NCBI GenBank assembly: GCA_949358305.1
Contig: OX442314.1
Location: forward strand, 21,638,001-21,702,000
Source of the DNA: Strigamia acuminata
Taxonomy: Eukaryota
DNA length: 64,000 bases
Direction: 5' to 3'
Below, piece by piece: positions 27,601 to 38,000 of the stretch (its first letter is position 1; each line of letters starts with the position of its first letter). The translations under genes and the position numbers were made by a program. Below the pieces are notes generated by a model. The model was not told where the DNA came from and ran no database searches. It saw only the letters and a program-made list of their open reading frames with translations.

Positions 27601-27794
27601 TGAACAACTCCTTTGGCATGAAGGTGACCCATTCTCCCATGCCAAATGTCCATAGATAAAGGCTTATCAACTTTAGTAGTCAATTTCGAATTTAATTTGC
27701 CATTATCGTTTGCTATTAAAGCTGTTTTCTTGATATCTGTACTTTCCGTGCTTCCCTGCACTGCTCCCTTAACCACGTCGCTATATGTGCGCAT
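24669..27794 (-). CDS. pol: Copia-1 pol: integrase, MBD, reverse transcriptase, RNase H
   Basis: Integrase WHGRMGH..CDAC, VDDHSR, TDNGGEF, AERAN; MBD-like WKRLEYTRKSG..HYITP..RIRSR..LFNF; RT LYGLHQSG, YVDD; RNase H FTDAS, ESEF, ADILTK. Out of frame with gag-PR. Confidence 0.93.
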   Translation of the reverse strand: MRTYSDVVKGAVQGSTESTDIKKTALIANDNGKLNSKLTTKVDKPLSMDIWHGRMGHLHAKGVVQMQKSDEIFGIKLSNETMSPCDACHRAKHVRASFAPIDEIKSKGVLDLVHMDVWGASPNESFGGARYYLIMVDDHSRFMWIDFCKRKNEVLGRFKRWQAEVERATSRKVRTIRTDNGGEFVSKEWEQYTNQCGIKCERTNAYSPEMNSIAERANRTILEGIRAMMIENDFPIYLWAELSNTLVYLKNRYPHSSLKGKTPYNVFYERRLSIRHLRCIGSKVYVHIPVQTRKNKFEKRAWAGALIGYAMSTKGYRIWDPHRRKVFASKHVIIDENQYWYEGEVPKPLKGQKFIQNSTNDDTFRMFNDSDSEDEGSVKSIPNLKLQSPLPEVTPSTSQVPPPPVVQPILPSEEEIPSEASDDEGKYEDAIAKSPNVKGRVPAEQIELQEIDISKWKRLEYTRKSGTTAGTVFVHYITPQKDRIRSRIDVVRWCEDEGFIYDASLFNFKAQQPAPEDLPFAGLSYVEPTTFEEAMESPFKQNWTEAMEEEISIFHKRKVYTEVDELLEDTTLLGNKWVYKVKRDHTGEIKRHRAMLVAQGFKQKPGVDFKEVFSPVVNFVMVLVFFCSLVILNGWTDAHIDIKSAYLYGDLNESQYMRIPKGYVNDSNRGKFWKLNKALYGLHQSGRMWFFKLHEALLSIGFEPVPGLNCVYVLDRDAVLVVYVDDIVLFARDKYTEESILSWIGEIFEMVNLGPVTLLLGVEFKRGVGRILIHQRSYISKLCQLFKVDTCHRVRVPGTVGTMIRGVQKNEMLNTTFPYRSLVGSLLFIATRTWPDILFSVIVMSQYNESHSDRHVDMLLQILKYLRNTQDLCIDLSRCEDVKLSAFTDASYASDLDERKSFGGHIVFLGGVPVTWACHKQKQTSLSIMESEFVAIVDGVRELVWLKRLFDVDVISHAFGNVQPCILADSTAAIQYAKNRVENRSNKHIEVKFHFLRDLYESGVFEIKHVRGKVNIADILTKWIPRSRLDVLCEHIFDQFK

Positions 27795-27847
27795 ATTATC
27801 GCCACTCGCAGTATTTTTCGCAGTATTATTCGCTTTAACACTCGGGG

Positions 27848-29260
27848 TTAAGTCATTCTTACGTCGACTGCATCCTGTTGCGCAGGGATTGTAGTCGCGT
27901 TTACAGATTTAACATTGACATGTCCATTCACTTTATAAAGTCGGTTGGTGAGGCGTGTTGCTGTCAACGACGGATTGGCGATTTTCGACCTAAACATTGT
28001 CAATTTGCCATCTGCAATGAATGTCCGCATGCCTCCCTCATCGGTGCGTCCCAGGGAAATTAAATTTTTTCTAAAATTCGGAGCATAGTAAACATTTTTC
28101 AATGTTAACTGCCTGCTCCGATTACCATAAGTGGATGTAATGTCCACTGAGCCAATGCCCTCAATTTTAGAAGTCCCCTCCCCTAATTGCACCGTATAAT
28201 TTAGAGGTTTAAAGTCGGCAAACCATTCCTTACAGAACGCAAAATGATCCGTCGCGCCCGTATCTATGTACCAGGCAGTGTCACTTGGTCCACTTGATAA
28301 AAAAGATGAGACAGGTAGTGGGGTGATGCCATGGGTATCCACTTCCGAATATAGGGTATCCGGCTCATCAACAAATGAATCCGCAATGTTCGCACGTCGT
28401 CCCCCTCTACCTCCTCGGCCTCTGCCCCTTCCCCTTGGTTGGGTGGGCTTGAATTGTCCCGCTGGTCCAGTATTTGTGGACTGAGGATTCTGTTTCTTTT
28501 GAGAAGGACAATCTCGAGAATAATGTCCTGCTCCCCCACAATTGTAGCATGTCACTCCGCGTGAATTATTGCTTGTTTTTGCAGATTTCCATTGCTGTTT
28601 AGCAGCCAAAGCGCCAGTACTAAAATCCTCATGTCCAGGAACTCCAAAATCCTCATGTCTTTCAAAAAGTCGATTATATTCCGCTAATAATCGCTCACGG
28701 ATTTTTACTGTGGTAAAATCGGGATCCTCCCAATGGTAAAGGGATTGTTTCAAATTCTCATATTTGTCGTCCAAAAAGTCTAAATATTGAAATGCGATGT
28801 CTTCATCCGTAAAGTTGACTTTTACGTCCTTTAATTCGAGGGCCTTTCGATCGACCCGAGCCGTAAAAACAACCATTTCTTCATTTGGGTGAAGGCGCAA
28901 CTGGCGAAACTCCCGACGGAGACGGGCCTTGCGTGCACGAGTTGTCGGGCGATACGCATTCTTCAGCGCCTCCCAGACCTCACTGGCTGTATCGTTGGCA
29001 ACAGCCACGAGTTGCTGCGCAGGATTGCAGCTCAAACAGAGCGTGGAATGGGCTTTTGCTTCCCTCGTCTCGTACTCCCTTTTTTCTTTCGCAGTAGCAC
29101 TGGATGATAGACATGGCTCAGTGCCTGTCACGTGAGCCCAAACTCCTTGTTGTTTCAAAATAAGGCTGATCTGGACAGACCAGGTTTCATAATTCAGTCC
29201 ATTTAGTTTTTTAACAGACTGCCCAAACGATTTATAGTCTTCTTCGAAATTGTCCGACAT
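27848..29260 (-). CDS. gag: Copia-1 gag-protease
   Basis: KLNGLNYETW N-terminus; UBN2-like gag; CCHC knuckle CYNCGGAGHYSRDC; protease WYIDTGATDH; NLISLG. Confidence 0.92.
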   Translation of the reverse strand: MSDNFEEDYKSFGQSVKKLNGLNYETWSVQISLILKQQGVWAHVTGTEPCLSSSATAKEKREYETREAKAHSTLCLSCNPAQQLVAVANDTASEVWEALKNAYRPTTRARKARLRREFRQLRLHPNEEMVVFTARVDRKALELKDVKVNFTDEDIAFQYLDFLDDKYENLKQSLYHWEDPDFTTVKIRERLLAEYNRLFERHEDFGVPGHEDFSTGALAAKQQWKSAKTSNNSRGVTCYNCGGAGHYSRDCPSQKKQNPQSTNTGPAGQFKPTQPRGRGRGRGGRGGRRANIADSFVDEPDTLYSEVDTHGITPLPVSSFLSSGPSDTAWYIDTGATDHFAFCKEWFADFKPLNYTVQLGEGTSKIEGIGSVDITSTYGNRSRQLTLKNVYYAPNFRKNLISLGRTDEGGMRTFIADGKLTMFRSKIANPSLTATRLTNRLYKVNGHVNVKSVNATTIPAQQDAVDVRMT

Positions 29261-32200
29261 TGTTGTACGAAAATAATTCGATTGTCGCACAAAAAAACAG
29301 CACAAACGTCGCACTTTAGACACCGTAGCACCGAAAAATGCGCCAAAACACACAAACTAAACAGTTTCCCACCAAAAATGAGGCGAAAAATGCAAACTTC
29401 CCTTGGTACAGCTCTATAAGAAAGCACAACTACTCTGACTAGTCGCTACAAGGACTTCCGACCGACACACCGGGGGTCGCGGGACAGTCCCCTTGCTTCG
29501 AGCAAGCCTAGTCAGAAATAGGATGACACTAGCCGAATGGCTAAAGGGTGTCAAACAGTCTAAAGGACCCCAAAACAAAACCTTTTAATTATACAAATAA
29601 TTTCGACCCAAATAATACACTTTGCGTTGTGAAGTTGGCAAGATGTGTGCTGAATTTGCGGGATTATTCGTCGCAAAATCCCGCGCAGGCTGCTCGGTGC
29701 TCCAACGTAGAACGAGTGCACGCCGGGGTGCCAACCTCGCCCGAAAATTGCGAAAATAGCGTGCAAAATTCGGTTCTGCGCTCGTCGCGCCTTCACTGCC
29801 GTTCACCGGAGAACTAAACAGTGGTTTTTCCTCGAAAATGAACGTAATCCGTTCGTAATCGCCGTCAAAAACGATCCGCGACGTCTTCAAAACGTATCCG
29901 AAATGTAGTCGCGATCGTCGCCGCCGAAAATCGTCGTTTTCGTTAAATTTCACCGAAAAAGAAATTCGAACCTTCGTTCCTGTGCTTCCGTGGGTGTTTA
30001 TACACTCCAGCGTTGTGTTTCCAGCGCTGAAATTGACCGCACACGATGAAAACCGCTCAATCTTAGCAGCAGACTCGTTTAGTGATGGGCGCCGCCATCT
30101 TGGATTTGTGCGAAGGTGAAGCACGCCACATGACCATTCACTGGATACAATTCCACGATGTTTTAAACACCAAATTCCGCAAAATATCGGCGAAAATCCA
30201 CTTTCTTCCACTTCAACCGTTTTGACGGGAGTTCGTCGATCGTCGAAGCCCAAGAAGGCGTCCCCGCTTCGGCCCGAACGTCCGGGAATTCCCGTGTTTT
30301 TCGCAACTTCGCGAAAATGAAGTGAAACGACTTCCTACTCACTGTCGACCCAATATTTCGATGTTACAACGTTGCCTAAACGCTGCAACCACCCTCTGCT
30401 ACCATATAATGGGATTTAGAAGTGGTGTAGAGAAAACATTCGAGGCCATTTAAGTTAAAATGTGCCAGAACATGCCGTGAACTTTCGGCGGCCATTTTAT
30501 TCAACTTAGAATCTATAAAAGCAGTGAGTCATCGCCACTTGTCGATGATCACATGTACAAAACAAATGCAGAACAAATCAACGCAATCAAACATTGATTT
30601 GTCCTTTACAATTCGCAAATCAAAGGATAAATGCACTCAAATGAAAAACCAAACAAATATAATTGATAAACAGTTTTGCTCATTTGAGCAGACGACAGGG
30701 ACATGCGCAATTACTATTAACTAACCAACCGCGGTACTGAATCAAGCGTTTGGACTAAAGTCCAGATAAAAACATTATCGGTTGATCACTATATAGGGGC
30801 AAGACGTAACAACGCATGTATTGCGCAAATCCGGATAAGTGCAACTAATCAAACTCACGTCCAATGAAAGCAATAACTCAACATGCTCCAATAATAGCTA
30901 CATGTGTGTAGCACTGCGCGCGATTCACAGCGCGATTTCGCTAGCGAAATCGCGACGCGACGCGAAATCGCGGTATGTCTGCGCCCAGCATGAGCGACAT
31001 GCATTTAAATTATTTTTTTTACTTGAATCAGAAACAACTAAACAATTTAGTAGAATTAACTAACCCTTATTGGTTGCCTTTACTAAATTTAGTTCAGGCA
31101 ACAAAATCCTAAGTTATCTTTAACTAAATGTTTAGTTTTCTCTTAGCCAACCATTTATTTAGTTAAAATACCAAACCGTTTTTTGAGTGTACTTTAATTT
31201 AAAGTGTCAGGTGTCTCGAACTGAATAACAATTTTAACAAGTCAGGGTTTGATTGAATGGAACAGAAATGTTCAGTATAAAATAGAAAAGGAAAATTTTT
31301 GTATAAATTATTTGTTATTTCTAAATTCTGAAAAAAAGAGGAAATTACTGTACAGTAAACACCTTGAATCATTCCGTTTATCACTCAACAACAAATTTAT
31401 CTCAATAACATCTATCTTTTAGAGTAGTTATTTAATATAACTTTAATTAACTTTTGACGTAGAACTATATAGGTCTAACAACTGGACAATCCTCGAAACA
31501 TACTGTATGTGCTATGATGATGTCGACAGGTTAAACACTACATTCAAATTTCGGATTAGCATCTTGTATGTAGTATGCTGGATGCTGCATCCCAATGCTA
31601 GCGCCCTCTACGAAATTAGTGACGCCAAATGCATTTAGTGCGAATAATGCATAAAAATATTAGGGCGATCTATCCGGAACCGTGTGTGTTTGTTTTACTC
31701 GCAGATGATAAAATATATAACTCCATGATCAGTAGTCAAAAATTCTGGACAATGTGTTATATATCCTAATTCTAATATTCTGTGTCCTTACAACAATGAT
31801 GGCTCAGGTTCAAAGTGACCGACACACAATTTATTCTTCTTATTCGTCCAAGCTTTATTCATTGCATATAATATGACCTGTCCTCTACAGTCTGCACATA
31901 ATCTTGCATATACAATCTCACGCTATCTGGCGATTAATTACAATAACACAAACAACACTACAGTAATAATGTTTGTGTAAAAATAAAATGCAATAACTTT
32001 ATATTTTTAACGTCGAAGTTGAATACTGCACACTTTATTTAACAGAAGTTAAATGTAAATTTGTAATTAGTGATGTTCACGTAATTGTCGTCTCGTCCAA
32101 AGAAATTGGGATTTTGCTAGTATAGTGAAGCAAAATCTAGATTATACTAAGGAAAATAAATGTGCTAATTTAGGAATTGTCTAATTTGTCTAATTTAACA

Positions 32201-32362
32201 CAGAACTTTAAAGAAAAATCCACCGCCAGGTTACACTCTTACTCTGGGCTATGGACAGTACGAATCTTCAGTCTAATTACGAAGGCAATTTTCTGCAAGG
32301 GAGGAAAGAAACAATTAGTGCAAAATAAACAACATTGTATCCAGAAAAACTTGGGAGGGACC

Positions 32363-32464
32363 ATTAGCACATTTATTTTCCTTAGTATAATCTAGATTTT
32401 GCTTCACTATACTAGCAAAATCCCAATTATACAACAGTGAAAATAAATGTGCTAATTTAGGAAT
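32363..32464. repeat. DIRS internal complementary region (ICR)
   Basis: 32363-32428 is the reverse complement of the left terminus (32104-32169); 32426-32464 is the reverse complement of the right terminus (~47595-47633). The two halves are joined at CCCAATTATAC. Confidence 0.92.
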
Positions 32465-35042
32465 GTTCGTAGCCCCTTAACACAACAGAAGCAAACTCTT
32501 CCGATGCGGATTCGATCGGTCTGTTGTAGAATTTCTTGAAAACAGAGGCCGTCGACCAATCGGCGGCTTTGATAATGCACTCTAAAGACACTCCTCTGCT
32601 AGCCGCGAAAGAAGTGGCTGCAGCCCTGGTCGAGTGGGCCGAGAAGATGGAGGTATCCACCCCCGCGTCGGAGAGGACGTCCTTAATCCATCTCGCGATG
32701 GTTGTAGAGGAAACCGGGGCAAACGGTGGAGAGCCAGAAAGGAACAGTTGCTTTGAACCACCCCTAAAAGGTGCGGAGAAGGCAAGGTAATGGCGCAAGG
32801 CAGTCACCGGACACAGGTCCTTGTCGTGGAAGGCCGCGATGCGAAAGGGTGCCAGAGACGCGGACTTACGAGACCCGCACAGGGGAACTACGCAAAAGGT
32901 GTCGAAAAACGAGATGTCTGCTGAGAGAAGACGAAGGTCGGCCGCTCTGCCCGCTAAGGCAAGAGCTAAAAGAGTGGCCAGTCGCTGATTTCTCGACAGC
33001 CCCGAAGGGTTAGGGACGGAAAAAAGGTGTTTGAGGTGTATCAAAATTGGGCCCACGTGCCAAATGTTAGAGTATTTCGGGACAGCAGGTCTAGAGAGGG
33101 ATACGCCCCTCGGAATCCGGCGAATGACCGGATGGGAGCCAAAGTCCTCCCCCCCCGACAGAGAGACCAATTGGGAAATTGCCGACCTGTGACAATTGAC
33201 CGAGCTGTAAGACCTGCCCTCACTGAAGAGCGAGCCCAAGAAGTTGGCTACGTCCATGGTAGCTGGTCGAATAGGGTCCACGCTGCGAGATTGCGCCCAA
33301 GTCCTCCAGTTGCCCCAGCAATTGGAGTAAGTCCTACAGGTGGAGCGTTTCCACGAGGCTCCCACCAATTGGGCAGCGTCTTCTGAAAGTCCGATCTCTC
33401 GCATTCTACCGAGGACGCGCAATGTTTGATCTAATTTCTCAAACCATTGGCGCCCGGACTGGTGGAGACCATAGAGCGACTTTATCAGGAGCCATACATG
33501 ATTTGGATTTGAACATATTGCGCCAGCTGGAATGCGCATATATACTTTGTGCGCAAGATCGCCGTATAGGTACGCGCACTTCACATCTAAATGCGCGTCC
33601 TTCCACCCTTTGAGGACTACTAATAGGCAGAAAAATAGGCGTATGAGAACAAAGTTGACAACAGGGCTAAAGACTTCATCGTAGTCTACACCTAAAGTTT
33701 GGCGAAAGCCCTGTGCCACTAATCTGGCGCGATATCTGGCTGGTTTGCCTAGAGCATCTTCCTTCAGTTTGAAGAGCCACTTGCACCCTAATATGGTTGT
33801 ATTTTCCGGTTTAGGGACCTCTTCATAGACGCCTCTTTTTGCAAAAGTGTCTAATTCTTCATTAATGGCTTCTTGCCATTTTGTCGCATCCGGAAATCTC
33901 ACAGCCTCTGCATAGCTGGTAGGGTCACGGCGACACAAATGCACTCTAGGAAGTGGTAATGGAAGATCCTCCAATTCGTATTCCATATTGCCAAAATAAA
34001 ATAGTTCAGGATCATAAGGAATGTTATTCATGTGACAGAATTCCTCAACGTCACCTCTAGAACGTAATCGAAGTCCTGCTTCTGGGAAATAATAAACATC
34101 GACTTTGAGTTTTCCAGGTTCCTGTACTTTGCGCAAATGTTCCTCCCTTTTCCAGTGTCTACACTCAGTATCTCCACCAATGTAACGCCATTTATATGCA
34201 GTTGCAGCTCCAGTTGGAGGTGGACCATGGTGGGCTGCTTGATGAGCTTGTGGCGCATTTCCACGAGAGCCTCGACGAGCATTTACAAAACTCGGAGGTG
34301 AACCAGGTGGTGTATGACTTGGTGTATTGCCGGGAGTAATAACTGGACTCGGCACCGGCGTTATTACTGGAGTAATTAGAGGGGCTCGAATAGGAGATCC
34401 CGGAGTTGGAGTGGCTGGCGGAGTTCGGAATTGAGCACCCGCTGGGGTCGAATCGTCAGAGTCATAGTCCGTATCACATTCATCCTCTGAATCCGGAAAT
34501 TTGGGCCAATCAGTATATTCCAGTCCGTCGTCAAACCTCACATGCGGTTGTGAAATGCGCAATGGTTGATAAGTTTGCGATGTTTGATGCGATTGGTCCT
34601 CATCTGGTCCTATCCACGGTTGCTGCGGACCTCGATAATGGTTGGAACGTTTGTAGGATTGCCGTTCGTCAATTTGGACGTGAATGGATTCGATGACTTT
34701 GTTATCTGTTGGATTCCAGACGCGATAACCTCGCGTTGTCGTGGCGTATCCAACCAAATAGCCCTCCCAAGCTCGTGGATCCAATTTGTCCCTGCCAGGA
34801 GCCGTGTGATGTACCCAGCATTTGGAGCCTAACTTCCGGAGGTGTCGGAGCGAAAGGGCACGTCGTCGCCACAAAATATAGGGCACCTCATTTTTGAGAC
34901 GAGAATGAGGGCACCGGTTCTTTATATAAGAGAAAGTCACTGCGAATTCCGCCCAAAGTTCATTAGGTAATCCGGTTTCATCTAAAATGGCACGAGTATA
35001 ATCCGCCATTGTGCGATTTATTCGTTCTGCTGTGCCATTCAT
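32457..35042 (-). CDS. Chimeric ORF: Copia integrase C-part + MBD + partial RT fused in frame to DIRS tyrosine recombinase
   Basis: Copia motifs run to WFEKLDQTLRVLG (junction ~33408). Then GLSEDAAQLVGASWKRST...GRAADL...HSTR...AADW...FKKFY gives the YR R-HxxR-W-Y set. Expression unknown. Confidence 0.8.
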   Translation of the reverse strand: MNGTAERINRTMADYTRAILDETGLPNELWAEFAVTFSYIKNRCPHSRLKNEVPYILWRRRALSLRHLRKLGSKCWVHHTAPGRDKLDPRAWEGYLVGYATTTRGYRVWNPTDNKVIESIHVQIDERQSYKRSNHYRGPQQPWIGPDEDQSHQTSQTYQPLRISQPHVRFDDGLEYTDWPKFPDSEDECDTDYDSDDSTPAGAQFRTPPATPTPGSPIRAPLITPVITPVPSPVITPGNTPSHTPPGSPPSFVNARRGSRGNAPQAHQAAHHGPPPTGAATAYKWRYIGGDTECRHWKREEHLRKVQEPGKLKVDVYYFPEAGLRLRSRGDVEEFCHMNNIPYDPELFYFGNMEYELEDLPLPLPRVHLCRRDPTSYAEAVRFPDATKWQEAINEELDTFAKRGVYEEVPKPENTTILGCKWLFKLKEDALGKPARYRARLVAQGFRQTLGVDYDEVFSPVVNFVLIRLFFCLLVVLKGWKDAHLDVKCAYLYGDLAHKVYMRIPAGAICSNPNHVWLLIKSLYGLHQSGRQWFEKLDQTLRVLGRMREIGLSEDAAQLVGASWKRSTCRTYSNCWGNWRTWAQSRSVDPIRPATMDVANFLGSLFSEGRSYSSVNCHRSAISQLVSLSGGEDFGSHPVIRRIPRGVSLSRPAVPKYSNIWHVGPILIHLKHLFSVPNPSGLSRNQRLATLLALALAGRAADLRLLSADISFFDTFCVVPLCGSRKSASLAPFRIAAFHDKDLCPVTALRHYLAFSAPFRGGSKQLFLSGSPPFAPVSSTTIARWIKDVLSDAGVDTSIFSAHSTRAAATSFAASRGVSLECIIKAADWSTASVFKKFYNRPIESASEEFASVVLRGYEHS

Positions 35043-38000
35043 AGCGGGGCTATGGGGATTGGTCCGCTGGGCTTAAATTCCAGTTTCTTTCAGATATCGT
35101 TCGAATTCATTTGATAAGAATTCTCCTCCTCGGTCAGTTCGGATGGCCTTCACTCGTTTGCCCGTCACTCGTTCGATTCGTGTGACATAGTCTTTGAACA
35201 ATCCAAATACTTGGGATTTTTGAGCCATCGGAAATATCCAGGCATAGCGCGTGGCGTCGTCGATAATCGTTAGCACATAACGCGCGCCTCCGTAGGAAGT
35301 CGTTCTTGATGCTCCCCACACGTCCATGTGTAGGAGATCTAAAGCCTTTGTAGAAATAGGATGTTCATCAGGTTTATGGGAAATGCGCGTTGATTTCGCA
35401 ATTCGACAATGATTACACGAAAGTTCCTTGTTCACTTCTGCCGGTGTCACTCCATAAACTTGGTTATTTCCGGCCAAAAGTTTCATTGCATTGGTGTGAA
35501 GATGACCCAATCTGCTGTGCCATATCCCAGTCGCATCCTTTTTAACCGTAGGCGCTGCAACTTTCTTTTGATTCGCCGACTTTAGATTCGGTTTGGAAGT
35601 TGGAGGAATTGCCTTTAATGTGTCGGCAAAGGATGGGACTTGAGGTAATGGATTGGTAGGAACAGGTACAGGAGGTGTCTTGGACTGGGTTACTTTGATT
35701 GGTGCAGGTGGAGGAATTTCATTTGGCAAAGGAGGGAATTCGAGCCGAAAATCAGTAAAAAGTTCAGGATTTTTCGACTTTTTCTTTGCTCTTGGATACT
35801 GGATGAAATCCTCTTCTGTCGTGACTAATGTTCGGGTCGGAGCGATTGACTGCGCAATAGGTACATCCACTGTTGACATCAGTGTTGAAGGTGGGCACAA
35901 GCCATCGACATAATAAAGGCCGCCCTTTTCTTTGGCCCGAAGCATTGGATGCTTAATGTCGGATTTGTAGACATAGACGTCTCCATTCCAAATATGGATG
36001 TGATGTTTAGTTTTGTCCATTTTTGACACTGAAATCAAATTCGCCTCGAATTTTGGCGCATACAACACATCTTGGAGATTTACGACACATTCTACGTTGT
36101 TGATCATGGAGATAATCTGGACTTTGCCCTTTCCTAGAACTTCGGAATGTCCTTGACCTAATGCTATGTTAAAGGGCACAACTTTAACAAAGTCCTGAAA
36201 CCAAGCCTGGACGTGGCACACATGATCTGTTGCCCCACAATCCACGATCCATTCATGTGATTGCATGAAGTGAATTGTGGGCAACTGTTGCGGAGCACTT
36301 GCGAAAAAGTTTGTTTCTCGTCTTGCGCTGGAATTCCCCCTTGGTCTAGAATCATCTCGGTTTGAGTTCTTATTGCGTTTATGGCTTGAACTCCTCGGCT
36401 TCCTTTGAAGTGAAGCTGCCGGTTGATTCTTGTCATCTCGGCGCGATGGCAAAGGACATTTATTTGCGTAATGGCCAAATTCCTGGCAATTAAAACACTG
36501 CACCGAAGATAACGGTCGAGAGGGACGAGAACGATTTCTCCCACGTTGCTGTTTTTCACCAGCATATGCACGAGAATGTTTTGAATTGTCCACGTCGCGT
36601 GAATCCATAGCTTTGAGTCGCATATGTTCCGCGAGTAACTGTTCGGACACTTTCTTTGGTGTGAATTCACCGTTGGGCAAGTGATATGTTGTGAATGAAA
36701 TCTGTGAATATTCACGAGGCAATAAGTCCAAGTATTGGTAAGCGTGGTGATCAGGCGAAGTTATCTCTCCGATATCCTTCATTTGGCGGACATGATAGTC
36801 AACGCGTCCTAAGAAGTCGGCCATATCTTCGCCCTGCTCTAGGCGCAAATTCAAAAATTCGCGGCGCATGGCTGCCTGTCGTGCGCGAGATGATGGCGCA
36901 TAAATGTTGGCTAAAATGTCCCATGCTTCCTTCGGGGTTTTACAATCATCTAGCGCAGACTTCTTCGCCTCGCTTACAGAACAGTATATTAAGCCTAATG
37001 CCTTGGCTTTACGACGCTTGTATTTCTTCTTTTCCTTGTCACCCGCGGTTTTAAGGAATTCTGCCTCTTCTTCTTCAGTTACGTGTTCCCATAACTCTTC
37101 ACTTCTCAGCACCATGCGCATTGAGCGCTGCCATAGTTCGTAGTTTCCTACGCTGAGAATCGGAAGGCGTCCGGAATTGGCTTCGACGGATTTTGACATA
37201 ATGACGTGGAGCTACGAAACAATCCGAAGCGAAGCACACAGGACGGAAAATGGTACAATTGATGAACTTGACGGTCTCGGAGCACAATATCGCGTTGCAC
37301 AACACAAATACGGCGCACTATTCGAAGCACTGTCAAAGCGGATATCAATCGAATTGGGCAACCACTTCTGAAGTGGTCAGATAACCCTAGCCAGCCAACA
37401 CACAGGGGTCCGTTCGCCTACCTGGAGGCGCGGGAGTACCTGCTGGCCGCGGTAAGCACTGGCTAGGAATGAGTTTGTGCGGTGGTTCGACTGAACCGGA
37501 GGGCACAAACTATTCTAAGGGACCCACAAAAACTTAATACTATCTTAAATACTAACAAGCTAATTACGACTACTGAAAGGCAAGTATTAATTAATGTGAT
37601 GAGACGTTGCGCCAATATTCGAGAATCGAAAATGGCGTTGTTGCGCATTTAAAATGCGAAAATCCTGGAAAATCGTCGTAACAACGACCGTACACTGTGT
37701 ACGAGGTCGGGATATCCAATTCGTCGTTCACGCTGTGTAAAGCGGGTTTCCAACGTTGATTCTCGTTGGAAAATGGCGAAAATCTGAAAATAAATTGAAA
37801 TTCGTCTCGAAAATTGCGAAACCCGCAGAAATCCGGACGAAATTAAATGAAAAATCGTAGAGCTGGTCGTGCAGACTACGTGAGAACGTCGGCGTGTCGT
37901 CTCGAACGTTCTAGAGACGAAAATCGTCGCGGAAATCGGCGCAATCTGCAAATAGAAAATTTATCGCAAATTCGCGAATTTCGCGAAAATGGCGATAAAA

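Larger units (their letters stand above)
24166..30893 (-). mobile_element. Full-length Ty1/Copia LTR retrotransposon carrying an MBD (Copia-1)
   Basis: 487-bp LTRs at 24166-24652 and 30407-30893 (3 substitutions seen); 5-bp TSD ATAGC; tRNA-iMet PBS 30387-30404; PPT AGAGGGGGAT next to the 3' LTR; domain order gag-PR-IN-RT-RH. Confidence 0.97.
23902..30990. mobile_element. CpG-rich MITE (~356 bp; 3-bp TSD, PIF/Harbinger-like) split by Copia-1
   Basis: ~42-bp TIRs TGCTGGGCGCAGACATACCGCGATTTCGCGTCGCGTCGCGAT at 23902 and ending at 30990; TSD TGA. Empty site ACACTGAGCGAC at ~19451 and ~51075. Confidence 0.9.

Noticed and set aside
32457..33407. Bacterial/phage integrase, contamination, or Crypton
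   Set aside because: Enclosed by DIRS ITRs and ICR, with DIRS ORF1 and a pol remnant, in a eukaryotic context.
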